The notes: generated from the letters alone by a model not told the origin. Positions 14,168 to 26,530 are shown, counted from the whole stretch's first letter. The stretch: 63,074 nt of DNA, filler included, from Octopus bimaculoides (GCF_001194135.2; 7 parts of 7 records of this genome joined end to end with filler, not necessarily neighbours in it), one strand, 5' to 3'. Made by a program: numbers and translations.

Positions 14168-14840
14168 ACTCGTAAGTGGGGAAGTGATGAAGTATTGATA
14201 CCGAATTAAATAAGTACTTATTCACTTCCGGAGATGCACTAATGCAGAAAGATGTACTTAATGACCACACTACAAGGAACTAATTGTAGATAATAACATG
14301 ATTACTGAAATAAGCACGTACCACTACATTTTAAGTATAAATGTGTATACATATATGTATATATATATATGATAAATAAATTCAAAAAAGGATAAAACTC
14401 TTTTACAAGAATTTTATCAAGAAGCCAGTGTNNNNNNNNNNNNNNNNNNNNNNNNNNNNNNNNNNNNNNNNNNNNNNNNNNNNNNNNNNNNNNNNNNNNN
14501 NNNNNNNNNNNNNNNNNNNNNNNNNNNNNNNNNNNNNNNNNNNNNNNNNNNNNNNNNNNNNNNNNNNNNNNNNNNNNNNNNNNNNNNNNNNNNNNNNNNN
14601 NNNNNNNNNNNNNNNNNNNNNNNNNNNNNNNNNNNNNNNNNNNNNNNNNNNNNNNNNNNNNNNNNNNNNNNNNNNNNNNNNNNNNNNNNNNNNNNNNNNN
14701 NNNNNNNNNNNNNNNNNNNNNNNNNNNNNNNNNNNNNNNNNNNNNNNNNNNNNNNNNNNNNNNNNNNNNNNNNNNNNNNNNNNNNNNNNNNNNNNNNNNN
14801 NNNNNNNNNNNNNNNNNNNNNNNNNNNNNNNNNNTATATA

Positions 14841-14955
14841 TGTATGTATAAGAGAGAAAAGGATAAAGAGACCAATGGCAAAGTTAGATTTATCCATAAA
14901 ATATAATTCTAACTTTGCCATTGGTCTCTTTATCCTTTTCTCTCTTATACATACA
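14841..14955. repeat. Perfect 48-bp inverted repeat with a 19-nt loop (MITE-like hairpin)
   Basis: 14841-14888 is the exact reverse complement of 14908-14955. Confidence 0.93.
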
Positions 14956-15289
14956 CACGCTAATACACGACGTATGTTATATTCCCCACTCATGTTGCTA
15001 CAACGACAGGGGCAAAACTAGTCGGTATATAGCACTTATTCGGTATTGCTTGTATCTTTAGGGTTTGGTTGACTCCAATACCCTTCATAACCTTTATTTG
15101 TATATGTATGTAGTTGTGTGTCTGTGTTTGTCGCCCCACCATATATAAATATATAGTTATATTTTTTGATAACATAATAGGTTAGATAGGATGATGCCTA
15201 TATTACAATATTACAATAACCAATAATGTTGTGCATGTATAGTAATATTGTGATCATGAAATTAGCATGAGTTTATTTCACTCTTTCTT

Positions 15290-15354
15290 GAGGAACCCCT
15301 AGGAATCTGTTGCAGAACCCTAGTGTCCCGTAGAACGCCGGTTGAGAAACGCTG
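15290..15354 (-). mobile_element. Terminal fragment of a hAT-Charlie-like DNA transposon
   Basis: gttgagaaacgctg (15341-15354) is the reverse complement of CAGCGTTTCTCAAC, a Charlie-type TIR. The other end was not seen. Confidence 0.45.
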
Positions 15355-15591
15355 ATCTACGGTGTATGCATGATGTATGTAAGTAGACCGGCATAGGAAA
15401 GAAGAGGCATTTGCAAACAAAGTGAAATGTAATTAACACTGGTGAAAAATGCGTAGATAATGTTAAGAACAAGTTGAAGGTCATTGACTCAACAAAGGAA
15501 ACCCTGATGAGATTCAAAAAACTTCGGGTTAATATAATATATATCATCTATCTACGTTTGTAAGTAGGTAGGAAGATAGATAAATAGTTAG

Positions 15592-15652
<61 letters not shown>

Positions 15653-16908
15653 CACATACACACGCCAGTTGCTGTATAGAATTCATTTTTCCTCTAACGT
15701 GTGTGTGTCCGTGTTTGTTCGTGTGAGTGTGTGTGAAAGAGAGCCAATTAAGAACCTAAATTGTAGAACTGCATCTAAGTGGTGGTAATGATGAAGTCGA
15801 CAACGACGGCGACAGCGATGGTTATTTTTAGGACGTTTAATATTGCGAAATCAGAGCTATTACTGACACTGCATAAGTGACGCTCGTTACGTCGCATAGC
15901 AAATTAGCTTACATACATATATATATCTATATGTGCTTACATATGCACACGGATATTTCTATCTCGACACAGGGGCATGATTTCTTATTATATCTATGCA
16001 TAAAGAGAACAGAGGATGTAAATGAGAGAGAAAAGCCTTCAGAATTAGAGAGAGACTGGAATATTAGAGAGAAGTTTATATTTATACTCTATAATATTGT
16101 ATATACACCAATTACTAAATAATAATGTACATACAACAATAGAGAAAGAGTATATCATAGATAACTAAATACAAACACATATGGGCATAGATAAGGAAAG
16201 CATATGGACAATTGCGTGTGGCAGTTGCTAATATTTAATCGTTGCGTTCACCTTTCTCTCATCTTAACTGCAGGAAATATATACCCAAACATTATCACAG
16301 CACACACAAAGACCTTACATACGCACGCCCGCGCCTGTGTGCATGTGTTTGTGTGCGCGCATGTGCTATGTGTGCAATCATTTGCTTGGATGCGTGCACA
16401 CACACACACACACACACATACACACACATATATATGCATTTGTATATATATATATATATACANNNNNNNNNNNNNNNNNNNNNNNNNNNNNNNNNNNNNN
16501 NNNNNNNNNNNNNNNNNNNNNNNNNNNNNNNNNNNNNNNNNNNNNNNNNNNNNNNNNNNNNNNNNNNNNNNNNNNNNNNNNNNNNNNNNNNNNNNNNNNN
16601 NNNNNNNNNNNNNNNNNNNNNNNNNNNNNNNNNNNNNNNNNNNNNNNNNNNNNNNNNNNNNNNNNNNNNNNNNNNNNNNNNNNNNNNNNNNNNNNNNNNN
16701 NNNNNNNNNNNNNNNNNNNNNNNNNNNNNNNNNNNNNNNNNNNNNNNNNNNNNNNNNNNNNNNNNNNNNNNNNNNNNNNNNNNNNNNNNNNNNNNNNNNN
16801 NNNNNNNNNNNNNNNNNNNNNNNNNNNNNNNNNNNNNNNNNNNNNNNNNNNNNNNNNNNNNNNNNNNNNNNNNNNNNNNNNNNNNNNNNNNNNNNNNNNN
16901 NNNNNNNA

Positions 16909-17210
16909 TGACACATCTGGTGTATAAGAGAATTTGACATCGCTGCCCTATACTGCGTCTCATTACGAGCCATTGGTTCGTCTGGTATCATGGAGAGGAA
17001 AGCGTCAAGTTTTGTCTTGAAAACCTCCGCATCCATGTCTTGCATGTCTCTCAAATGTTTTGGCAGGGCATTGAAGAGCTGAGGTCCTCTGAAACCGAGG
17101 CTGCTGCAGTATCTCGTTCTTACGTGAGATGCAGTGGACGGCACCTTTGACACCATGCAGTAGCGACCCGTGCGGGCATTCCTGTAGTACTTGATGCCAA
17201 AGTTTGGCAT
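16909..17210 (-). mobile_element. LINE 3' end (CR1/L2-like ORF2 C-terminus)
   Basis: Translates ...SLGFRGPQLFNALPKHLRDMQDMDAEVFKTKLDAFLSMIPDEP...RAAMSNSLIHQ, the typical post-RT tail of CR1-group LINEs. It ends at an N gap. Confidence 0.75.
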
Positions 17211-17696
17211 ATATGACGGGCTTGTTTTATTTTCCGTCTAACAAATCCACTCACACGCCTTTGATCGGCCCGTGGCTATAGAAGACAGTTGCTCAAGGTG
17301 TCACATAGTGGGACTGAACCCGGAACCATGTGGTTGGGAAGGAAGCTTCTTACCACACAGCTACAGTAGTTGTGAGATGTACGTTTAAAGCTGATTAGTG
17401 GCAGAAAGAGCACTAGATACCATGGTAAGGATTACACATGGTTATATTTGGTCGATTCGTTCCTGCCAACTCTGAGTTTCACCAATCAGTGCATGGAGTC
17501 TTCAGGCAAATCATAACTTTGCTGAAGTTGCTGTATTTTGAGTTTCATCGATAGACGAAATTCAAAGTAACAAAACAAAAATATCACGTATTTATGTATG
17601 TGTGTACCTTTATATTTGTGTTTACCCGCAACCGGTGTTGCTTATGTAATGTTTGCGAAATTTGGGCGTTCGACAACGAAACTGACAGAATAAGCA

Positions 17697-18117
17697 CTCT
17701 TTTACTCTTTTACTCTTTTATTTGTTTCAGTCATTTGACTGCGGCCATGCTGGAGCACCGCCTTTAGTCGAGCAAATCGACCCCAGGACTTATTCTTTGG
17801 AAGCCTAGTACTTATTCTATCGGTCTCTTATGCCGAACCGCTAAGTTACGGGGACGTAAACACACCACCATCGGTTGTCAAGCAATCGTGGGGGGATAAA
17901 CACAGACAGACAAACACACACGCACACATATATATGTGTACATATACATATAGACGACGGGCTTCTTTCAGTTTCTGTCTACCAAATCCACTCACAAGGC
18001 TTTGGTCGGCCCGAGTCTATAGTAGAAGACACTTGCACAAGGTGCCACGCAGTGGGATTGAACCCGGAACCATGTGGTTGGTAAGCAAGCTACTTACCAC
18101 TCAGCCAGTCCTACGCC
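17697..18117 (-). mobile_element. SINE family B, near full-length
   Basis: Reverse complement of the head ggcgcaggcgtggctgtgtggtaag...ggttcagtccc, the CORE-like caccttgggcaagt motif, an internal (TA/TG)n and a (gagtaaaa)n tail. Partial copies lie at about 17215-17365, 20286-20445, 23351-23513, 32248-32410, 41420-41550 and 58861-59070. Confidence 0.88.
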
Positions 18118-18509
18118 TTTTTAAGTAGTAGATTAAAAAAATATATATGTACTTGAACCAATTTCTTCGACTAAGCCGACAAGGTGATGATCCAGCATGG
18201 CCGCAGACTAATGACTAAAACAAGTAAGGGAGTATAAACACATACATTCATCTATACATAAACACACACATGCACACATACATAATACATAGGAACATTC
18301 ATAACTACACATATACATACACACACACATTCATACATAGATATCTAGATACATGTATACATACGTAAATGTTTGTATGTGTATGTGCTCCCTCGCTCGT
18401 TACAATCTGCTTAAAACTTAGAATGTACTTTGTAAAATGAATCCATATATTGAATCCGTATTATTCCTTTCCTGTCCAGTAAACGGATTACTGAATAATA
18501 ACAGCAATA

Positions 18510-18609
<100 letters not shown>

Positions 18610-18624
18610 ACGCACCGTGTGTGA

Positions 18625-18678
18625 GAGAGGATTTTAATACACACACACAAGTGAGTGTGTGTGTATTAAAATCCTCTC
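18625..18678. repeat. Perfect 24-bp inverted repeat with a 6-nt loop
   Basis: gagaggattttaatacacacacac-aagtga-gtgtgtgtgtattaaaatcctctc. Confidence 0.9.
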
Positions 18679-19473
18679 CCACCTCTTACACAGCTTTCAC
18701 CAAAATCTTATGCATTAAAAAAAAAAACTACTCTATTCACAGCTATCAGCTTAAATGTGAACATCCTGCTCCTGTCTGTGACCGGGAAGTCTCCTGTATT
18801 AATAATGCATTAAAGTTTGTTTTTTTTGTCGATGCAGCAGTAATATTTTTAATGCTATCACAGTAAGAGAATATCAAACTTCTGTGAGGAAAGTACACAT
18901 AACATTTCTTTGTATATTCTAAATCCGTTCTAAATGTATTTTCATCAAAGGCCGATTTCGCCGGGTCATGTGATCTGCAGATACCCTTTTGTTCGAGGAT
19001 GTTGACGCCCTCCCCTCTTCCTTTATCTCAGTCGATAGATGGATGTATCTCACTCTGCCTCTGTCTCTCTCTCTTTCTCTGTCTCTCTCTCTTTCTCTGT
19101 CTGTCTGTCTCTCTCTCTCTCTGTGTACATACGTATGTGTGTGTGTGTGTGGGGGGCGGTATATATATATACGTATGTGCATTAGCATGTTTGTCTGTGT
19201 GTCTCCGTGTGTCTGTGTGTCTCCGTGTGTCTGTGTCTCCATGTGTCTGTGTCTACATTATATATATATGCATTTATATGTGTATACAGATACACAAACT
19301 CACGTATGCACAAACACACACAAAGATTGCCCGTACATTCGCTGGCTAGCAAATTGCAGCCCCAATGCGTCAGTCAGTATGTGATTTAAGCATTGAGCTA
19401 TGCAGGGGGACCGAAATCAGCAACACATGGATTGCAAGCAAACTTCTTAAACACCCAGTTGTAACTGAACCCA

Positions 19474-19522
<49 letters not shown>

Positions 19523-19548
19523 GTCTATCTATCTGTCTGTCTGTCTGC

Positions 19549-19582
<34 letters not shown>

Positions 19583-19584
19583 GC

Positions 19585-19622
<38 letters not shown>

Positions 19623-19767
19623 GTCTGTCTGTCTGTCTGTATGTATGTATGTAGCCTGCCTGCCTGTCTGTCTGTGTATCTAAATGACTTTCTATCCATC
19701 GATCTATCAGCCCATCGATTTAGCTATCTATCCGTCTTCTGTCTGTCTGTACCTTCATTCAGACATG

Positions 19768-19806
<39 letters not shown>

Positions 19807-20230
19807 ACAAATACACATACATTCCAACACACACACACTTATACACAAACACATGCACATAGAGAGAGACAGTGTGAGAGAGAATGAAATGATGACAGAG
19901 ATAGTTAGATAAATAGAAGCAAAAATATACATCCATACCTTCATACATAATTGTGCATGTGTATATGCATTTATGTATATATATGTTAGTAATCTTAGTT
20001 CTGCGTGTTATAGAAGAAGCTAGCTTTGTCATAATCTTTTGCCTCAGCCATAGGACTGCTTATTTTCAAGCCTGCTGTTTGTTCTACCGGTCTATTTTGC
20101 CTAAGTACTACAAAAAATCGATGTTTACGGGGATGTAAACAAACCAGTCCCTATAATCGAGTGTTGGTGGTGGGCAATTATAAACACAGTCACATAAACA
20201 TATTTACATGCATACACACACACGCGCACG

Positions 20231-20261
<31 letters not shown>

Positions 20262-20449
20262 ACACACACATATATATATATATAAGATGGGCTTCCACAC
20301 AATTTCCGTCAACGAAATTCACTCACTGAGTATTGGACGGCTCGCGACTATTACACAAAACACTTGCCCAATGTAGCGCGCTGTGGGTCTGAACCCGAAA
20401 TCCTGTAGATGCAAAACACTTTTCATAACCACACAATCATGCCTGTGTG

Positions 20450-20485
<36 letters not shown>

Positions 20486-21044
20486 TGGCTGTATACATAT
20501 ATACATACACACATTCTTAAATATGCATTTATATATGTATATATATATGTATGCGTATATGTGTGTGTGTTTGTGTGTGTGTGTATTTCGGGTCTTAGGG
20601 CAGCAGCAGCGCAATGGGGTGAGAGGATGGGCTGAGGGGATGGCCACACTGCTCCTAAAACCTATGACACACAAACAAGGATACATACACACATACAGAT
20701 ACCCGCGTGCAGACACACAATCAAATAAGGACACAAACGCATCCTCACACACTTACACACATGAAGATACACATCTAAAAAGAGAATGGAGTAAGTGGAC
20801 AAGAACACACACGAAAACGAAACCTGTCTCGCTGAAGAGGTCACAGATGTGTGACAAACGATTTCCGGACACTGTACATGAGTTGAAATAATAGAATAAA
20901 TAAGAACAGTAATAAACAAGTGAAGGAAAAATATATAATGTGTGTGTTTATTTGGCAAAAAAAAAGCAAGCAAAAAACAATGACAATCCTGATATACAAC
21001 AGTATATGTGTATGTGTATGTGTATATGTATACATATACGTGTG

Positions 21045-21103
<59 letters not shown>

Positions 21104-21165
21104 ATATATATATATATACATGGTGGTTGTCTACTCCTTACACAGAGTTTGACCACCTCCTGTAC

Positions 21166-21365
21166 CTACACCTTAGCCCCTTCATGGCGTCTGATGTGGC
21201 TTTTTAAACCAGACAATGTTCTGAAAAAACACCCACATAGATTGCACCTCTGATTTGAAACAATACTTGCAGGTAAGTTCTGTTCATTGTGGAGCTTAAT
21301 ATGTCTTTTAAGATCCCCATTGGATTTGCAAACCTTCTGGCATACACCACATTCAAAAAAGGTAG
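21166..21365 (-). mobile_element. Two C2H2 zinc fingers, probably a LINE ORF2 C-terminus (RTE-like)
   Basis: CGVCQKVCKSNGDLKRHIKLH...CNLCGCFFRTLSGLKSHIRRHEGAKV*. There is no TGEKP linker, it is flanked by microsatellites, and it has the same style as the finger at 39801-39985. Confidence 0.55.
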
Positions 21366-21458
21366 AAAATAACGAGAGTGAGAGAGAGCGAGACAGGGAG
21401 AGAGGGACACAGAAACATAGGGAGAGAGAAACATAGGGAGAGAGGAAGACATCGGGCG

Positions 21459-21489
<31 letters not shown>

Positions 21490-22040
21490 CAGAAGAGTAA
21501 GAGAGATTTGGGAGAGAAAAAAAGTTTGCTTATACATACATAATGTAAAACTACAGAATAATAATAAAAGTGTAATTGAAGAACTGCTCAAAGAACAATT
21601 GCTGCTTTGCAAATATTTAGATTTATACTACATGAAAAGAATGTATTTCTCAAAGATAGTATTTATGCAGATAAGAAAAATCCGAAATATGAATTTTTAA
21701 AGATTGATATGTAGGAAATGCAAAAGTACCCTTTTGACCGAAGTAAATTTAATTGGAAACAAGACAGAGCTGGAAAAATGACAAACGACTCTGTTTAAAT
21801 GATGTCAAGTAGGCTTCAGAGAAACTCAGTTCTCGTGTGCGAAAATCAATTTTCACGACAAGTGGTTGACCTTTTTATTCATGTGACGTGCAAAATAGAA
21901 TAGCATGGATTTTTTTTTGTTTGTTTTTTCTCTTCAGTATTTCAACATCCATAAGAATTCTCTGCATACGTATATATCTATATATATATATAATTAAATT
22001 AGTCAGCAGTTTAGCGATGTTTCACCAAAAAGGAAAATTA

Positions 22041-22320
22041 TAATTGTCATCATATATGACAGCGTGTGTTAGAACAACTACAATGCTAGAAATAAGAGCT
22101 AAAGCGCTCTGATGCTGTAGTCAACTGAAGAGGTTTGGGTCTTGGAGCCGAAACCGTCAACGGTATACGGACATCATGACTGCCGATTTCGACCGTTTAT
22201 GGTCGCTGTCAGTATTTATGTATACAATTATGTGCATTGACTGCAGTACCAGAGCTCTTTAGCTCTTATTTCTAGCCTAGTATGTTTTCTAACACCTTCT
22301 ATCATATTTATTGACAATTA
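22041..22320. repeat. Imperfect inverted repeat (about 84-bp arms) enclosing the HHR motif; probably Penelope-derived
   Basis: 22041-22124 is approximately the reverse complement of 22237-22320, e.g. gctagaaataagagctaaag / ctttagctcttatttctagc. Confidence 0.75.
22120..22172 (+). ncRNA. Type I hammerhead ribozyme-like motif (Penelope-type minimal HHR)
   Basis: CTGAAGA (22125-31), stem II GGTTT/GAGCC closed by G-C, GAAA (22150-53), stem III CCG-tcaa-CGG, then U-A cleavage site (GUA, after 22165). Stem I is weak beyond the first A-U pair. Confidence 0.55.
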
Positions 22321-23216
22321 AATACACATTCACGCGCGCGCGTACGCATATGTATGTATGTATGTTTGTGGTGGTTCAATTTTATTTTAAGATTTCTTGC
22401 CAATAGAGGAAGAGCTGGATCCAAGGTTCTTTCATTGGCATTTCAACATCAACANNNNNNNNNNNNNNNNNNNNNNNNNNNNNNNNNNNNNNNNNNNNNN
22501 NNNNNNNNNNNNNNNNNNNNNNNNNNNNNNNNNNNNNNNNNNNNNNNNNNNNNNGAGAGAGAGAGACAGACAGAGAGACAGACAGACAGATAGATAGACA
22601 AATAGATAGATGGATAGATGTAAAGGTTTCAGGGCAGTTTCTGTTTACCAAATTTCAAATTTAGCTATGGCAGCAATGAAACTCAGGCCACTTGAAAAAA
22701 CATTTGCCAAAGGTACGGCGCATTCGGAACGAACCAGCACCACGTTGGTTATGATACTACTTTCTTAACCACCGAACAACAACAAATATATATATACATA
22801 TATATATACATATATAAAATCGAGCGAACGATAATGCACTCTGGGATACCACATTTTATTTCTATGTTCAGAAATAACAGCAATGATAAATTTAAAAAAA
22901 AAAAAAAACGAAGGAAAACAAAAACAAAAATCATAAATAAACGGTAAAGAAAACAAAATCTAGATACAAATAAAAAACAATTAACAACAAGAACGGTCAA
23001 AATCAGCAGATAAACTAAAGACATCAACATAGAAATTAACCATTGAAATAAGTGAAAGACAAAGGAGGCCCCGTGAGGTGAGATTGACGAGAATTGTGAA
23101 AGATTGCCGAGATATTTCACGTTGAATAAATTAGTCGTATTAGTCAGGTTTACTTGTTTCGTATTCAACTCACCAATGGAAGTCATTTGTCAATGTTTTA
23201 GTTGGCAGTGGTGGTG

Positions 23217-23316
23217 NNNNNNNNNNNNNNNNNNNNNNNNNNNNNNNNNNNNNNNNNNNNTTAATTAATTAANNNNNNNNNNNNNNNNNNNNNNNNNNNN
23301 NNNNNNNNNNNNNNNN
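23217..23316. other. Artificial 100-bp scaffold spacer
   Basis: 44 N + TTAATTAATTAA (stop codons in all six frames) + 44 N. Confidence 0.95.
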
Positions 23317-23349
<33 letters not shown>

Positions 23350-23924
23350 TACGACGGGCTTCTTTCAGTTTCCGTCTACCAAATCCACTCACAAGGCTTT
23401 GGTCGGCCCGCGGCTATAGTAGAAGACACTTGCCCAAGGTGCCAGGTAGTGGGACTGAACCCGGAACCATGTGGTTGGCAAGCAAGCTACTTACCACACA
23501 GCTACTCCTGCGCATACTGTTTATTTAATTAGAAAATCTGATCTCACAAGAATACTCTACAATTTACATATTTTCATTCGTAGATATTTTTCTGAAGAAA
23601 GGTAAAAATGAAGAATATACGACACAGAGAAATAAATGTTAAGATTTTCAGACAAATCGTTAAAATAATTTTCATAGTTTGAAATTTAATGAAAACGTTT
23701 GTTTAAATATTCAGGTTTTCTTGCTTTTAAATATAACCTGGAAAAATAAAACGTAAAATTTCAATATTATCATACATGAACTCTGAAGATTGTGTGATAA
23801 GAAATGGAAACGTTGCACTTTCTGAACGACCACTATCAAGACTATACGTACGTATGGGTACGTGTATATGCATGTGAGTGTATGTATATGGTGTCTGTGA
23901 TGTGAAATGTATGTGTGCGCGCGC

Positions 23925-24236
23925 GAAGGCAGGTGGCTTAGCGGTTAAGGCATTTGGTTCACAATCCTAAGGTTGTGAGTTCGATTCCGGGTAGTGCGTT
24001 GTGTCCTTGAGCAAGACACTTTATTTCACGTTGCTCCATTCCATTCAGCTGGCAATAATGTGTAGTACCTGTAATTCAAAAGGACCAGCTTTGTCACGTA
24101 CCGTTTCGTGCTGAATCTCCCTGAGAACTACGTTGACGCTAAGCGTGTCTGCGGAGTGCTCAGCCACTTGCAGGTCAATTTCACGTGCAGGCTCTTACGC
24201 TGATCAGATCACCTGGAACAATCGTCGTCGTAACCA
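23925..24236 (+). mobile_element. SINE with a tRNA-like head, a CORE-like tgtgtccttgagcaagacact segment and a 3' half shared with family C
   Basis: A-box-like tggcttagcgg and B-box gagttcgattcc. Related heads lie at about 47875-48040 and 53590-53801. Confidence 0.75.
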
Positions 24237-24863
24237 ACGGAAAGCCAGTGTGCATACATATGCATATATGTGTATAAGTGTATGTATGTATGCATATGTG
24301 TATGTATGTATAGACTGCTGGAAGCAGTATACAGATTCTATATATTAAGAAAAAGAAGTTAGTCACGATTTGGATAAAGAATATTTATTTAGCGCTTGTG
24401 ACCCTTTTCCGAATTATTGTAAATCCCTAAAATGGATTAAAGTGTTAAATAGTTTTTATCCAAAATCAACTTCCTTTGTTTCATATATATNNNNNNNNNN
24501 NNNNNNNNNNNNNNNNNNNNNNNNNNNNNNNNNNNNNNNNNNNNNNNNNNNNNNNNNNNNNNNNNNNNNNNNNNNNNNNNNNNNNNNNNNNNNNNNNNNN
24601 NNNNNNNNNNNNNNNNNNNNNNNNNNNNNNNNNNNNNNNNNNNNNNNNNNNNNNNNNNNNNNNNNNNNNNNNNNNNNNNNNNNNNNNNNNNNNNNNNNNN
24701 NNNNNNNNNNNNNNNNNNNNNNNNNNNNNNNNNNNNNNNNNNNNNNNNNNNNNNNNNNNNNNNNNNNNNNNNNNNNNNNNNNNNNNNNNNNNNNNNNNNN
24801 NNNNNNNNNNNNNNNNNNNNNNNNNNNNNNNNNNNNNNNNNNNNNNNNNNNNNNNNNNNNNNN

Positions 24864-24926
<63 letters not shown>

Positions 24927-24976
24927 ACGTATGTATACAAAGAAAAAGAGCGTTTGCAATGTCCATTGTAACATAC

Positions 24977-25157
24977 CTAACGTTATACGTTCTTTAGAAT
25001 CTGGCGGTAACAAGAACAGAAAAGGAACCAGCACACCGATTAGCATAGCGGGGAAAACAAGCACGTGACTGAAATACGCTGACTTCCGGCGCAAAACAAA
25101 TGTGACGCGATAGCTGGGATAGGGCTCCACGCAACAGGTGTACATTTTGATGTTTAC
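24977..25157 (-). CDS. nAChR-like subunit exon (loop C, M1, M1-M2 linker)
   Basis: Acceptor tttttgtcacAG and donor TTAG|gtatgt, phase 0 in and phase 1 out. Translates VNIKMYTCCVEPYPSYRVTFVLRRKSAYFSHVLVFPAMLIGVLVPFLFLLPPDSKERITL(G). The YxCCxEPY motif marks an alpha-type subunit. M2-M4 exons were not found. Confidence 0.96.
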
Positions 25158-25289
25158 CTGTGACAAAAAGTACAAAAACATATTCTGGTTTCAGTTCAGT
25201 GCTGACGTGATGACAGAATGACGGTAACAAAAAAATCATAGCCATAGAAACAACAACAACAACAATAATGCCCGGATGCAGGCAGTGGC

Positions 25290-25819
25290 TCTCATGGCTT
25301 TTCATCTTAACTGATTGGAAGTGTTATTATGTACATTGTCTTGTCTTGGTATAAAAGATGGGCTACAGCAAATATTCTGCTCAATACCACAGATTTGCTT
25401 GTCAGTTGTTTGACCTTAACTAGTTGAGCATGTCTCTTAGTGGGTGACGATATGTGCATCTCTGATCACGAGCAGAAGTAGTGGGGGAGCATCATAGACG
25501 TGTATTGGGAAGAAATCTTTGGGGTTTGAGCAATTCACCTCTGAAAATATGGGTGTTTTGCTCAACATCCTTAAACAATCCTCATTTAGGCACCTTTTGG
25601 GCGGGATGGGCTACTCGACCTGAATGAAATTCTAACTGGGCCCCTCCTGCAAGTTCATGCGCCGTTTATCTTGATATTAGATTACAATATCACACATATA
25701 TGGTTGTGATGCATGTGCCCGGTGTAACCCTTATCAGAAGGGTAGTCATAATGGATATATTGAGTTTCGTATATTTGTACTCCAGTGTCCCTTTGAAGGC
25801 ATGCGCTGCTCTCTCACTC

Positions 25820-25822
<3 letters not shown>
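25290..25822 (-). mobile_element. Interspersed repeat next to an (AAT)n tract, inside an nAChR intron
   Basis: 25680-25822 is the reverse complement of 13140-13280 (ttattgagtgagag...ataagggtacacc...catgcatca). Both copies abut a (TTA/AAT)n microsatellite. Confidence 0.65.
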
Positions 25823-25890
<68 letters not shown>

Positions 25891-25950
25891 TAACAGTAAC
25901 AACAACAATAATAATAATAACAATAATAATAATAATAATAATAATAATAA
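25820..25950. repeat. (AAT)n/(AAC)n microsatellite
   Basis: Directly visible. It accounts for the poly-L/N/Y ORFs in the track. Confidence 0.95.
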
Positions 25951-26262
25951 TTTTGGCACAAGGCCAGCAATTTCGGGTGAGGGACTAAGTCGATTATATC
26001 AATATCAGTAATCAACTGGTATTTATCTTAACGACCCTTACAAGATGAAAGGTAAACTCGACCTCAGCTGAATTTGAACTCAGGACGTAAAGACGGATGA
26101 AATGATGGTAAGCATTTCACCCGGCATGCTAACGTCTCTGCCAGCTCGAATAATACACACACACACACACACACACATTCATGCACACACATACTCACAT
26201 ATGCGCGCGCGTACACACACGTAAGCATGACAACAATAACAGTAAGAGTTATCTCTCCTTAC

Positions 26263-26530
26263 TTCGGTTTCTGCGCTGACGAGTTCCCATTTGTTGTTTG
26301 GTACATAATCTGAAGTAACAAGCGAACTGAAATGTGAGGAGATGTTTACTTCCAGACCGTTGTACACCATCGATCCGTAAATCAAGTTGCACGTCTGTGT
26401 GTCGAATGGGAATTTTGACATATCAGGTACACAAACTGCCGTCTCAACCAATCGGTGCATGTAGAATACACTGCCAGAGTTTAGCACAAGCACGTCGTCG
26501 TTGGCGGTAGAAGGAATAGCCTGTTCGACA
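26263..26530 (-). CDS. nAChR-like subunit exon (Cys-loop and loop B)
   Basis: Acceptor ttttgtcaacAG and donor GAA|gtaagg, phase 2 in and phase 0 out. Translates (F)VEQAIPSTANDDVLVLNSGSVFYMHRLVETAVCVPDMSKFPFDTQTCNLIYGSMVYNGLEVNISSHFSSLVTSDYVPNNKWELVSAETE, with the C-x13-C Cys-loop and FPFD. Confidence 0.96.

Noticed and set aside
21166-21365. Member of the octopus C2H2 zinc-finger gene expansion
   Set aside because: There are only two fingers, no TGEKP-type linker and no exon context, and the pattern matches LINE ORF2 C-terminal fingers.
21730-21769. 40-nt minus-strand exon that would link the 23174 donor to the 13882 exon in phase
   Set aside because: The donor is weak and the peptide is uninformative. 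Phase compatibility alone is expected by chance one time in three.
22749-23216. Hydrophobic ORF 22749..23186 and the donor at 23173 as the missing nAChR M2/M3 exons
   Set aside because: There is no M2 or M2-M3 (P...P-L-I-G) signature. The frame ending ATT-G|gtgagt has a stop four codons upstream, the hydrophobicity comes from T-rich sequence, and the region lies across a spacer.
23261-23272. TTAATTAATTAA palindrome recurring six times as a possible biological site
   Set aside because: It is always centred in exactly 44 N on each side, so it is an assembly spacer.
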